Sequence record: OR538032.1
Direction: 5' to 3' (one strand)
DNA: 64,000 nucleotides
Within the stretch, counting starts at the first letter, position 1; the number at the start of each line of letters is the position of its first letter. The notes under the pieces are model-generated. The model was not told the DNA's origin. It did not search any database and saw nothing but the letters and a program-made list of their open reading frames with translations. Position numbers and translations under genes: made by a program. This document shows positions 19,534 through 29,088 of this stretch, piece by piece.

Positions 19534-21057
19534 ATGACAGATATTAAAATTGAGTACTTCGATGAGAGTTATGCGAGAGTCGTAGCCGAGCCAAGCATTA
19601 CTCATGAAATGATTGATTACTTTTCATTTCTAACTGACGGGTACAAATTCAACCCTAAATTTAAAATGGGCATATGGGATGGCAAGATTCGACTAATGAC
19701 GTATCAAGGTCTATTGCCATACGGTCTAGTCGGTCAAGCTAAAGCGTTTGCATCAAACATGATGTACACGATTGAAACTGATCCACTACTTGATCCGATT
19801 GAGAAAATTTCTCGTGAAGATTTTGAAGCATGGGTTGCTTCTCTTGATATTTACGGTGGCAGCAATAAAATTAGCCCGTACTGGTATCAAATGGATTCAG
19901 TATTTCACGGTATTAACAATCAGCACATCCTTTTGAATCTACCAACATCGGCGGGTAAATCGCTGATTCAGTCACTTTTGACACGTTGGTTTTTAGAAAA
20001 TCACGAAGCTCAGAAAGTGTTGATTATCGTCCCAACGACTGCACTAGTTCAGCAAATGCGTGACGACTTTTTAGACTATCGCTTGTTTGAACACGGTGAC
20101 ATATATCAAATTCGAGGTGGCGTAGATAGAGACGCAATCGGCGACTGCCGTATTGTTGTTTCAACATGGCAATCGGCTGTTAAGCAAGATAAAGCATGGT
20201 TCGATCAGTTCGGTATGCTTCTAGTCGATGAATGTCACTTAGCAACGGGTAAGTCGCTTGACGGCATCATCAAAAAAATGACCAGTTGTGAATACAAAAT
20301 AGGTCTTACTGGTTCACTTAGAGACGGTAAAGCTAATATTCTACAGTACGTGGGTTCATTTGGTGATATTTTCAGACCTGTATCGACTGCACAGCTAATG
20401 GAAGAAGGGCAAGTAACTGATCTGAAGATCAATTGCTTGATGCTTGAATATCCTCAGCCACTACGTGATGAAATGAAAGGCAGTTCATATCAAGAAGAAA
20501 TGAAATTCATTCTTGAGAACAAACAGCGAAATCGTTACCTGATTAAGCTTGCTCATCATCTGAGTGCTAAGAAAGGCGAGAACACGCTATTACTGTTCAA
20601 GAACATTAAACATGGTAAATTGCTCTACGAAGCATTGAAGAAAGTCTACGATCCTGAGAAAGTGTTCTACGTATCAGGTGAAACTAAGACTGACGACCGT
20701 ACGCATGTTAAGAAAATTGCAGAAGATATTGACGGGGCAGTTATTGTCGCATCATACGGTGTATTCTCGACTGGTATCAGTATCAAGAAACTACACAACG
20801 TAATTTTCGCACACCCGACAAAGAGTAAGATCATCAACTTACAGTCTATTGGTCGTATTCTACGTAAGCACGGTTCGAAAGTTACTGCGAAGCTGTTTGA
20901 CATTATCGACAACTTGGCGATCAAGCCGAAACGTAAGAATGCTAAGAAGCCGTATACACATGTCAATTATACTATGAAGCATGGGATGCAGCGTATTGAG
21001 CTTTACAACCAAGAAGAGTTCAAGTACGCAGTCAAAAAAGTTGACCTTGCTGCATAA
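19534..21057 (+). CDS. uvsW: UvsW DNA helicase
   Basis: LPTSAGKS, LVDECH, GLTGS, LQSIGRILR SF2 motifs. Confidence 0.97.
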   Translation: MTDIKIEYFDESYARVVAEPSITHEMIDYFSFLTDGYKFNPKFKMGIWDGKIRLMTYQGLLPYGLVGQAKAFASNMMYTIETDPLLDPIEKISREDFEAWVASLDIYGGSNKISPYWYQMDSVFHGINNQHILLNLPTSAGKSLIQSLLTRWFLENHEAQKVLIIVPTTALVQQMRDDFLDYRLFEHGDIYQIRGGVDRDAIGDCRIVVSTWQSAVKQDKAWFDQFGMLLVDECHLATGKSLDGIIKKMTSCEYKIGLTGSLRDGKANILQYVGSFGDIFRPVSTAQLMEEGQVTDLKINCLMLEYPQPLRDEMKGSSYQEEMKFILENKQRNRYLIKLAHHLSAKKGENTLLLFKNIKHGKLLYEALKKVYDPEKVFYVSGETKTDDRTHVKKIAEDIDGAVIVASYGVFSTGISIKKLHNVIFAHPTKSKIINLQSIGRILRKHGSKVTAKLFDIIDNLAIKPKRKNAKKPYTHVNYTMKHGMQRIELYNQEEFKYAVKKVDLAA

Positions 21058-21066
21058 TAGATACGA

Positions 21067-21093
21067 AAAAGGGAGCAATTTGCTCCCTTTTTT
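21067..21093. terminator. bidirectional terminator
   Basis: AAAAGGGAGCA-ATT-TGCTCCCTTTTTT; identical to 61619-61645. Confidence 0.9.
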
Positions 21094-21094
21094 A

Positions 21095-21205
21095 TTAGTC
21101 AGAAAAGATTGCCGAGAGAATCGCACCGATTAACTCGAACAGAAATTCAAATGGCGCCCAGAGCCAGTCGAAAAACCCACGATCTCGTTTACGATCTCTG
21201 CTCAT
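21095..21205 (-). CDS. 36-aa putative membrane peptide (not in ORF track)
   Basis: hand translation MSRDRKRDRGFFDWLWAPFEFLFELIGAILSAIFSD; AAGG RBS; fills the gap between uvsY.-2 and the terminator. Confidence 0.65.
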   Translation of the reverse strand: MSRDRKRDRGFFDWLWAPFEFLFELIGAILSAIFSD

Positions 21206-21209
21206 ACCT

Positions 21210-21380
21210 TTACCCGTTTAGAAGTTGTGTTTCGACAAGTTGCTGATCGCCGCCAGATTCAGAAATAGCCATTTCTGCTAGATGTTGCTGACATTGACCT
21301 GCGTGAACTGTGCCTTGTGGCGTATCAATCGTGACATCGCCTTCTTTGATAGGTTGCTTGCATACAACACAATGTGCCAT
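21210..21380 (-). CDS. uvsY.-2: UvsY.-2-like small protein
   Basis: MAHCVVCKQPI ... GTVHAGQC ... LVETQLL matches T4 uvsY.-2; start moved from 21455. Confidence 0.85.
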   Translation of the reverse strand: MAHCVVCKQPIKEGDVTIDTPQGTVHAGQCQQHLAEMAISESGGDQQLVETQLLNG

Positions 21381-21553
21381 TAGTCTAACCCCGATTTTGT
21401 AAGTGATTGGTAGAGTGCGAAGTCGTTGACTTGCAATGAGCCATTCAATTCCCACCCGTCGTTTAGTAGCTCTTGCACCTCTTCTTCGAATTCATCTGCG
21501 AACTCGTGACGCCGAGATACTACTTTGTATTTATGTCTAAGCCAGTTCTGCAT
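21380..21553 (-). CDS. small hypothetical protein, 57 aa (not in ORF track)
   Basis: hand translation MQNWLRHKYKVVSRRHEFADEFEEEVQELLNDGWELNGSLQV...; coupled to both neighbours; DUF1737-like GW.L.G pattern. Confidence 0.75.
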   Translation of the reverse strand: MQNWLRHKYKVVSRRHEFADEFEEEVQELLNDGWELNGSLQVNDFALYQSLTKSGLD

Positions 21554-21554
21554 A

Positions 21555-21968
21555 CTACATACCTATTGCTAGTTTGAATAGAGCAGACGCTTTACCACCA
21601 TCGAAAACTTTACCTGTAGCCTTTAGAGCGCCCATTAGTTTGCCCATATCACGCATAGAATCTGCACCAGTTTCTAGCACGAAGTTAGAAACAAACGTGT
21701 CTAGCTCTGAATCAGATATTTTTGCTGGTAGTAAAGACTCAAGAACAGCGTTTTCCGCGTTCAGGATGTCAACATGGTCGCCTTGTGCATGTTCAAGTGC
21801 CAGATTGTTGTTGTCGATTGCGCTTGAGATCACTTTGATGCAAGACTCATCATCGTGTTTTTGACGACGGTCAAGTTCACCCATAATGACACCCAATACG
21901 GACGCAACTGCGTTGTTGCGGTCTTTACGAGCTTGTAGGCGTGTTGATTTGATTGTTTCGATGATCAT
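21555..21968 (-). CDS. YqeY/GatB-domain protein
   Basis: AENAVLESLLP, SMRDMGKLMGALK, DGGKAS. Confidence 0.85.
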   Translation of the reverse strand: MIIETIKSTRLQARKDRNNAVASVLGVIMGELDRRQKHDDESCIKVISSAIDNNNLALEHAQGDHVDILNAENAVLESLLPAKISDSELDTFVSNFVLETGADSMRDMGKLMGALKATGKVFDGGKASALFKLAIGM

Positions 21969-22378
21969 ACTATACCACTCTCAATTTTTCTATTATCAAT
22001 AATGTGTTTAATTGTGAAGCCCATTTGGCTAATGCCTTTCAAAGCTTCTTCGATGAAAGATAACACATCTTTCATGTGTTGAAAACGTGCAATCGCTAAT
22101 TGAAGAGCTTCATCACCAGCGAGTGCGTATTTCATTTCGCTTTTCTCAACGATAAAGTCACAAACTTCATCGTCATGCTTGCCGCTATAAAAGAGCCAGC
22201 GGTCTTTTCTCACTGCTTCCATTTTCATTTCAGCTTTAATAAGAAGCTGTCTTGCATCGGCTCTATATGCAAGCCACTTTGCATGAAGTACTGGGATTCG
22301 AATGGCTGCGGTTTCTAGTGCAGTCGTATCGATCTTAACGTCTTCATGGTATTCTGCTTTTAAATCTTGTAACTTCAT
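21965..22378 (-). CDS. uvsY: recombination mediator UvsY
   Basis: DVKIDTTALE..AIRIPVLHAKWL, LKGISQMGFTIKHIIDNRKIESG; GAGGG RBS before ATG 22378. Confidence 0.92.
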   Translation of the reverse strand: MKLQDLKAEYHEDVKIDTTALETAAIRIPVLHAKWLAYRADARQLLIKAEMKMEAVRKDRWLFYSGKHDDEVCDFIVEKSEMKYALAGDEALQLAIARFQHMKDVLSFIEEALKGISQMGFTIKHIIDNRKIESGIV

Positions 22379-22398
22379 ATAATACCCTCGCTTCATCA

Positions 22399-22427
22399 AG
22401 TATACATATCAAACGTGTTTTTGTAAA
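22399..22427 (-). promoter_or_regulatory. sigma70/T4-early-like promoter of uvsY
   Basis: (G)TTTACA-N17-TATACT on the minus strand. Confidence 0.75.
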
Positions 22428-22436
22428 CACGAATCT

Positions 22437-22473
22437 CACTAATACTTCTAATATCACTAAAAGCACTAATACT
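22437..22473. repeat. direct repeat CACTAATACT x2 within a CTAA-rich tract
   Basis: copies at 22437-22446 and 22464-22473. Confidence 0.6.
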
Positions 22474-22522
22474 ACTAAGATGAGACGGAATTTTTCCGCC
22501 TCTTATCTTTTGCTTCGCGTAT

Positions 22523-22544
22523 AAAAAAAGCCCCGAAGGGCTTT
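22523..22544 (-). terminator. terminator of tail fiber operon
   Basis: minus strand AAAGCCC-TTCG-GGGCTTTTTTT. Confidence 0.9.
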
Positions 22545-22545
22545 C

Positions 22546-25230
22546 TTATTGCATTGCGTAATCAATCGCAGTGATTGTGTCTTCATAGAAACAAGCAACT
22601 TTGACTTCAGACACGATAGGCAAAGCCCACATTGTCTGGCTTTCAGTTACAGATCCCTCATCACGATAGCGCAAGAACATCTTGGCGTGGTCTGATTTCC
22701 ATCTGTAGAAACTAACTGCGTTCGTTGTGTATGAACCAACGCCTTTTGCTGTTAAGCTACTTGGATCATCTTCAGGGTTGTAAACGCCGAAGTAGTTTTC
22801 ATATTTGTCTTGGAACGCTTGATGTTGAGCATCTGTCCACGTATGCGGTAGAATGAATGCTTGCATCAGAATCCATTTTCCGTTAGCGGCAGGGAAGTTA
22901 TCAACACGATCAATCGTTGCAAATGTTGAAGCATCTGTTCCATCGGCTAATTTCAATGTGCTAAACGCATCAGCGCCATCTTTGACTCGACAACTAAAAT
23001 GTAAATAACCCGCGTCTTTATCAATTGAGTTTACCCACAATGACAAGAAGTATGGTCTTGTCGGGTCAATATTGATTTCAGACATTTCAATCATTGATTG
23101 TGTGCCTGTAGAGCGTGTGAAACACTTCTCGCCATTCGAAAGAACATAATTCCCCCAATGAACGTTATCTGTTTCTCTGACTGGCATATTGACATTCTCG
23201 TATAGATTCGAGTTCGAGTTGTATGCATTAAACCAGCTTGTGTCATTCACTACGTTGCCTGATATTGGTGAATTTACAATATCTTGAGCAGCTAGACCAT
23301 TTATATTCGAAATCAAATGAGGTGTTCCGCTAGGAACTGCAAACCCGCCTTTGTAAACGAGTGCATAATCGAAGTACTCTTGGTCAAGATCTGACCAAAC
23401 GCCAAATGTAACTGCACCTGCTGGGACTTGAACAAAAAACTCTTGAGTTTCGAATAATTCCGCTGACCCGAAGAAAATATTCTGCCTTGCAACTTCAGTA
23501 TTCACCGCATTGTACATTCTCAAGTTACACGACTTCGTACCGCCACCGATAGCAGTAGTTCTATCAATACACGCTCTTACTTTGTAGATCAGGTATTGAC
23601 CTTCAACAACACCGAAGTCAGATAGATTGTATCGAGTATCAACGGGTACCGTATCACGTGCTAGAAGCGCGTTTCCGAATCCTGCTGAACCGATTCCGTC
23701 TTTGTCTTCGAATGCAGTATCAACAATGCTGTCGCCGTCAGACGGGTGGTCGAATATACATCTATCATATACAATACCTAAATCAGCACGACCGAACGCC
23801 GCATAACTGTAGCTGTATTGGCTGAAGTACGAACTTCCTCTATACTCGACGGGATTGTATTGATTAATTGCAGCATCAACCGCCGCATCGCCGTACATCG
23901 AACCGTTAGAGACGATGATGAAGATTTCATTCGTCAGGTTATTCAATGCATTGACGAAGTTTCCGCGTTCAGTTGAACTACTCAAAAGATACTTGCTGCT
24001 TGTTTTCACTGTCAAATCATCATTCATAATCAGAAGACGGATTTGATATGCCTGTTTAGTTTCGGGCGTGAAAAGCCTAACATCATTCAAATAACATGAT
24101 GCTAGATTTGAACTTCCGTTTGCAACACCCGTAGCAACTAGACGATAATTGTTATTCGAGAACTCGCGAATGTGTCTAGCCGCAAGTTCATATTCACCGA
24201 CTCGTGATCCTACAGGCGCATATATCCACAATTCAGTTACATTGACTGTTTGTCCGGGACCTGGCGTAGAGCCGCCTGACGCAGCTTGCGCACCGATTGC
24301 ATAATACCAGTTTGAGTGATTCACTGACCCATCAGCAAGCGAGTTTGATCCTGTGTTGTACTCAATACCGCCCCAATACTGAACGTCAGATTGAATTGAA
24401 ATCGCTTCATAGCCACGAACCCCGCCAGTACGAGCATCATAATCCCCTGTGTAGTTTTTAATCAACGGAGCATCAGAAATCATGAAGTTAGTCAACCAAC
24501 GTTTTCCAGTTGGTAGTTTAGCAACATCTGACGTATACCCACAATACCAGTACATATTACTTGTTGACAGAGTACTAGGCGTCGTGAAACGAGCATAATG
24601 ACGCTTCCATAGAATTCCATCAACTATACGTTCATTGCCTGCTGACTCAAACACATCACCCGGTATGTGACCTAGTGTATATGGGTTTGATGCACCGTCA
24701 TACCAGCGAGAATGAAACAGAGCTGCGGTATCATGATCAGTATCGACTTCATATCCAACCCAACATGACATTGTGTATGTTCGATTCGGAAGAAGTCGGG
24801 TTTGTGGAACTGAAAACACAATTTGATCTTTGACCGCCGCAGTTGGCTGCTCGACAACGTATTTTGATGACCCTGGGTTTTCTTTTTCAACAACGACCCA
24901 TGAGCCTGTTTTTGTCGTTTGTTCGGTAACAAATTGACCTCCAGCCAAGTTACCGTTTGTCAGATACTGACCTACGCCTTTCGCTGCGAAGTTGTTACTT
25001 TGTTTCCAAATATTCGTGATGCCGACTTCAGGGTAATGCAGCTTGAATTGAAATTTACCGTCCTCACGACGAAATTCTTCAAGTGAGTTTAACGCACTGA
25101 ATTTGGCTTCAATGTCGGGATCCGTCCCGACACTTCTAGCCTCAGCATCGGAGGTGAAAAATACACCTCCTGTAGAATCATGGCGAAAGATTAGTAACCA
25201 ATCGCCTTCACGTTTAAGTCTTTCGTACAT
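22546..25230 (-). CDS. gp35: long tail fiber hinge connector, extended form
   Basis: immediately downstream of gene 34; central ILEI-like region (FVNALNNL..EIFIIVS ... SYAAFG) as in gp35; extra fibrinogen-like and carbohydrate-binding-like domains. Confidence 0.7.
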   Translation of the reverse strand: MYERLKREGDWLLIFRHDSTGGVFFTSDAEARSVGTDPDIEAKFSALNSLEEFRREDGKFQFKLHYPEVGITNIWKQSNNFAAKGVGQYLTNGNLAGGQFVTEQTTKTGSWVVVEKENPGSSKYVVEQPTAAVKDQIVFSVPQTRLLPNRTYTMSCWVGYEVDTDHDTAALFHSRWYDGASNPYTLGHIPGDVFESAGNERIVDGILWKRHYARFTTPSTLSTSNMYWYCGYTSDVAKLPTGKRWLTNFMISDAPLIKNYTGDYDARTGGVRGYEAISIQSDVQYWGGIEYNTGSNSLADGSVNHSNWYYAIGAQAASGGSTPGPGQTVNVTELWIYAPVGSRVGEYELAARHIREFSNNNYRLVATGVANGSSNLASCYLNDVRLFTPETKQAYQIRLLIMNDDLTVKTSSKYLLSSSTERGNFVNALNNLTNEIFIIVSNGSMYGDAAVDAAINQYNPVEYRGSSYFSQYSYSYAAFGRADLGIVYDRCIFDHPSDGDSIVDTAFEDKDGIGSAGFGNALLARDTVPVDTRYNLSDFGVVEGQYLIYKVRACIDRTTAIGGGTKSCNLRMYNAVNTEVARQNIFFGSAELFETQEFFVQVPAGAVTFGVWSDLDQEYFDYALVYKGGFAVPSGTPHLISNINGLAAQDIVNSPISGNVVNDTSWFNAYNSNSNLYENVNMPVRETDNVHWGNYVLSNGEKCFTRSTGTQSMIEMSEINIDPTRPYFLSLWVNSIDKDAGYLHFSCRVKDGADAFSTLKLADGTDASTFATIDRVDNFPAANGKWILMQAFILPHTWTDAQHQAFQDKYENYFGVYNPEDDPSSLTAKGVGSYTTNAVSFYRWKSDHAKMFLRYRDEGSVTESQTMWALPIVSEVKVACFYEDTITAIDYAMQ

Positions 25231-25238
25231 AAGTCACC

Positions 25239-28200
25239 TTAAATTGCGTGACCGAATGTGAACTCCAGCACGCCTTGATTGTTTGTTGACATTCTTACAG
25301 AGCCAACTTGAATGTAGTCTCTGTATTTAACGTTGTCACCAGTACCGCCATCTGGCGTGAACAAGTCAATTCGCTCAGATAGAGTCTTACCTGCACCAGC
25401 CGATAGAGCTTGGTGTGGGTCTGAAGCATTCACTGGGTCTGCTGTGCGCACATCACTTGTTACTTGAACAATACCTGAGTTCGTACGACTTGACTTGATT
25501 AGTCGGTCGTTCGAGATTGTACCGCTTGTGATGTTCTCACCTGAGTGATTGTGACTATTGTCGTTAACTTGCACGTTTGTAGAAACGTTTCCGCTTCCGT
25601 CAATTGTGAAGTTACCAGTCAAGTCGCCAGTGAACGTCACTGTACGCGCTGTAACCCACTTCTCAGCCGCTTTTGCTACGTTATTGATACCCAAGTACTT
25701 CTGACGAAGTGTACCTGCTGCTGGGCTTGAATAAGTCCCGTATGTTGCATCAACGTTTGCGCTTGATTCGTTTTCAGTAACTGTGCTACCGAAAGTCGCA
25801 CCACTTGCTTGTGTAGTATAACCAGACGAATTAACTTGCCAGCGAACAAAATCAGCCGCGCCTTGAATCGAGAACGTAGCAGTTGATGAAGCACCGCTTC
25901 CCCCGACGCGAATGCGGGGAGCAGAATCAAACCAATCTAGCTTAACAATATCACCAGTCGGTGCATTCTGTACTTGAAGCCAGCCACCTGCATTAATTTC
26001 GACGTTTTTAGCATTGAACGTATAAGTTCCGTTGATCGTTTGATTAATATCACGACGAGCAAACTGAGTACTGTCTAAACCATCTAGCAATTCTGAGTCA
26101 TCAGCCTTTGCATTCAATGGCAAGTAGTTGCGCAATGCATAATGCAAGCTGTACGGCGTAACTGCATACGGTGTACGCAAGTAAGCTGTATATGCTTGAG
26201 TTGAACCGTCAGTGCTGTTACCAACGAATGTTTCTGCTGGCGTAGCTAGACGAACAACACCGAAGCGTGTTTCATCAGAACGTGAATTCGTAGAAGTACG
26301 AGTCCAACGAAGCAAGTCTTTTGGCGATACGTAAACTGGTGTGTTATCAACGCCACCGATTGTCGCAGTGTCAATTTCAGCATTTGTTGCACGACGTGCA
26401 AGACCGTATTGTGTTTCAGTTGCACGACGGCGATCAAGTGTCAATGGTGTGACAATTTTATCGGCTGCTGCTGCTGTGCCGTCCCAAGACGTACCGTTCC
26501 ACGTTTGCTGAACTTTAGCTTCTGTTTCAGTCGCTGTTTCTAGAGTACCGCGTTGCGTTGTTGTTGCAAGTGCGATTTCTAGATTGATGCCGTTCCAAAT
26601 GTCACCTGTATGTGAGATACCCGATACGCCGTAACCCGCGCCTTGAGCAACGCCATCACTAGTAAAGTGATCGTATGCAAGCCATGTTGCAACTTTCAGA
26701 GGCGTAACGATACGTGTATCATCAGTCCCTGCGTCAACTTCGACTTGAGTTGCAATCTCAGCAACCCCGCGACGAGATTCAGTCGCTGTACGACTGTTTA
26801 ATGTCTCAGGTGTAACGAACACAGTTGTCCATGCTTCACCTGTTCCGCTGATTGCGTTTGTTTCAGCTTGAGTTGCTGAACGTGCAATACCGCGAATTGT
26901 TGAGCTTGCTTTCCACGCTGCTAATTTCTTAGGCGTGATGATTGCATCATCAACTGTTGAGTCGTTTACACGAAGCTCAGTGCTCTTAGCAACCCATAGA
27001 GTACCCGGTTGGTTCTCAGTAGCTCGATATTCATCAAGCATTTTTGGAGTTACAATGCGAAGATGATCAGTTTTGTCATATACAGTATCAACAACACCGT
27101 TAACTGTTCTGTCAGAACGCATATTTGCAGTAGAAGCTACTGTGCCATTAGCGTTAATGTTGTTTGACGCCTTGACAAGTTCTGCAACGCCTGTTAAATT
27201 CTCTTCTGCTTGCGCAGCATGAAACTTCTTAGGCGTGATCACTTGCACATCGTTAGTTGTGCTACGTGTTTCAGTCTGTGTCGCAATTTCAACAACACCG
27301 CGACGTGTTTCAGTTGCTGTACGAGCGTTCAAGCTTCTCGGCGTGATCATGATGTCATGACGGAATGCACTATCTGGGTAGCGAACTAACGCGCCAGAAC
27401 GTGATTCTTCAAGTGCTTCATCAACACCAAGAGTTGCGATACGAGCCATACCGACTTGATCTTCGGCTGCACGACGTGCATCTAAAGTTTCAACGGTAAT
27501 TACGTGATCTTTCAACGGACTCTGATCAGCCCATGGTTTTGCAACATCTTCTGGATGTGCATATTCAATGCCGTGAGCTAGAGCCTCAGTTGGGTCAGCT
27601 AGTGGCACGATACCCGGACGTTTACGGTGAAGTTCATCTGCAATGTCGATACGAGTTGCAATGTTACCGAACGACCATACTTTACGAGTGCCGTCATAGT
27701 ACAGTACGAATGAGTAACCGCTGTCATAGTCGCTAATATCGAACGATTCTACGAAGAATGGAACGAAATCGACGTAATGACGATATTTTTGATAACGGTA
27801 AGTCTCGAAGTCCAAGAATACTTTGTATTCATCTGGGCCGTGACCTGGGTCATCATCACCAAAATTCGGGTGAACTTGAACTGTTACAGGTTTGTGCGCA
27901 GTCTTGTTGTGTGAAATCTCGATCCAGTCACCATCAACTGGTTTTTCTGGTAGCGTGATTGTCATTGCACTAACTGCATCAGCGATTTCAATCGCGTAAC
28001 GAGTACGTGGTTTTAGCGTAACTGCACTTGATTCACCTACATAATTCCACAAATGCGGGTTGTTCGCAATAGTGATAACCCAAACGCCAGTGCCGTTGTC
28101 ATCAATAAATGTGATGTCAGCTCCACCGATTGTGTCTAAGCTGATTACTGCACTGCGGTCACCTGAAACAGGGTCTTGAACAACCTGACCTACTGCTGTT

Positions 28201-29009
28201 GGTCGAACGCCGATTTGAATTGTCGTTTGACTTTCAAGATATGCAACATCTTTAAGATGAATTGTATCACCCACGTTCGGGTGTAGCGGTAGAGAGATCG
28301 CGATTGTTTTTACTGAACCTTCGTATGTGACAGTTTCACCTACGTTCGTAAAGTAACCACCAGTAGTTAGATAGCCGCCTTGTTGACTCGGATGGCTGTC
28401 ATCTAGGTACGTGTGGTATAGTTGCTGTTCAATTTGATACGTCCATGCAATCCCGTTGTACACAAGATAAATTGTACTGTTCGGGCGATTGAATGATAGA
28501 CTTGCATCAGATTGAATTCCGCCATTAATGCCATACGACTGAATAGTTAGACCGCCTGCTGCTGCAATCGTACATGGGTAAGTCGATAAGATACCGCGCC
28601 CATCTTTGATTGTAACAGTATCGCCGGTTAATGGCGTTTCTGGTAGTGTAATTGTAATTGCTGAACTAGCTGTCAGCAATAAGAAGTCACCTACGTTTGC
28701 ACCAACTGAAGAATCTGTATCTTCCCACTCTGGGTCGGTACGCATCTTCTTCCACTTCTGTGGGTCAAATGGTTCGGGCGCGGTGATTTCAATGATGTTT
28801 TTGTAGAGACGTTGGTTAAATTCAACGATGAAATCTACTTTGTAGTGCGCTCGTGATGGATCATACTCTTGAACAGTGTTTTCATCAATGAAGTAGCCTT
28901 GGTTAATACCGTCGAGCAATTCATCTACTCGTGGGTTTGCTACGTTAATTACATTTTGACCACTTGCATCAAGACCTGACGCACGAAATGCTCTGCGGAA
29001 TTCCGACAT
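25239..29009 (-). CDS. gp34: long tail fiber proximal subunit
   Basis: MSEFRRAFRASGLDASGQNVINVA and ENTVQEYDPSR match T4 gp34 N-terminus; repeated ATETRRGVAEIATQ units; GGAG RBS before ATG 29009. Confidence 0.95.
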   Translation of the reverse strand: MSEFRRAFRASGLDASGQNVINVANPRVDELLDGINQGYFIDENTVQEYDPSRAHYKVDFIVEFNQRLYKNIIEITAPEPFDPQKWKKMRTDPEWEDTDSSVGANVGDFLLLTASSAITITLPETPLTGDTVTIKDGRGILSTYPCTIAAAGGLTIQSYGINGGIQSDASLSFNRPNSTIYLVYNGIAWTYQIEQQLYHTYLDDSHPSQQGGYLTTGGYFTNVGETVTYEGSVKTIAISLPLHPNVGDTIHLKDVAYLESQTTIQIGVRPTAVGQVVQDPVSGDRSAVISLDTIGGADITFIDDNGTGVWVITIANNPHLWNYVGESSAVTLKPRTRYAIEIADAVSAMTITLPEKPVDGDWIEISHNKTAHKPVTVQVHPNFGDDDPGHGPDEYKVFLDFETYRYQKYRHYVDFVPFFVESFDISDYDSGYSFVLYYDGTRKVWSFGNIATRIDIADELHRKRPGIVPLADPTEALAHGIEYAHPEDVAKPWADQSPLKDHVITVETLDARRAAEDQVGMARIATLGVDEALEESRSGALVRYPDSAFRHDIMITPRSLNARTATETRRGVVEIATQTETRSTTNDVQVITPKKFHAAQAEENLTGVAELVKASNNINANGTVASTANMRSDRTVNGVVDTVYDKTDHLRIVTPKMLDEYRATENQPGTLWVAKSTELRVNDSTVDDAIITPKKLAAWKASSTIRGIARSATQAETNAISGTGEAWTTVFVTPETLNSRTATESRRGVAEIATQVEVDAGTDDTRIVTPLKVATWLAYDHFTSDGVAQGAGYGVSGISHTGDIWNGINLEIALATTTQRGTLETATETEAKVQQTWNGTSWDGTAAAADKIVTPLTLDRRRATETQYGLARRATNAEIDTATIGGVDNTPVYVSPKDLLRWTRTSTNSRSDETRFGVVRLATPAETFVGNSTDGSTQAYTAYLRTPYAVTPYSLHYALRNYLPLNAKADDSELLDGLDSTQFARRDINQTINGTYTFNAKNVEINAGGWLQVQNAPTGDIVKLDWFDSAPRIRVGGSGASSTATFSIQGAADFVRWQVNSSGYTTQASGATFGSTVTENESSANVDATYGTYSSPAAGTLRQKYLGINNVAKAAEKWVTARTVTFTGDLTGNFTIDGSGNVSTNVQVNDNSHNHSGENITSGTISNDRLIKSSRTNSGIVQVTSDVRTADPVNASDPHQALSAGAGKTLSERIDLFTPDGGTGDNVKYRDYIQVGSVRMSTNNQGVLEFTFGHAI

Positions 29010-29049
29010 TTCATTGCTCCTTTGTTTAGATATGCAATTCGCTATGTTA

Positions 29050-29057
29050 TATTTAGA
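29050..29057 (-). promoter_or_regulatory. late promoter variant TCTAAATA for gene 34
   Basis: TATTTAGA on + strand, 41 nt upstream of the gp34 start. Confidence 0.7.
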
Positions 29058-29088
29058 CACACGATATACACATATAGGAAACGGTAAC

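Noticed and set aside
26000-27600. Repeated ATETRRG..EIATQ.E units
   Set aside because: These are the known structural repeats of gp34, not a separate repeat element or CRISPR
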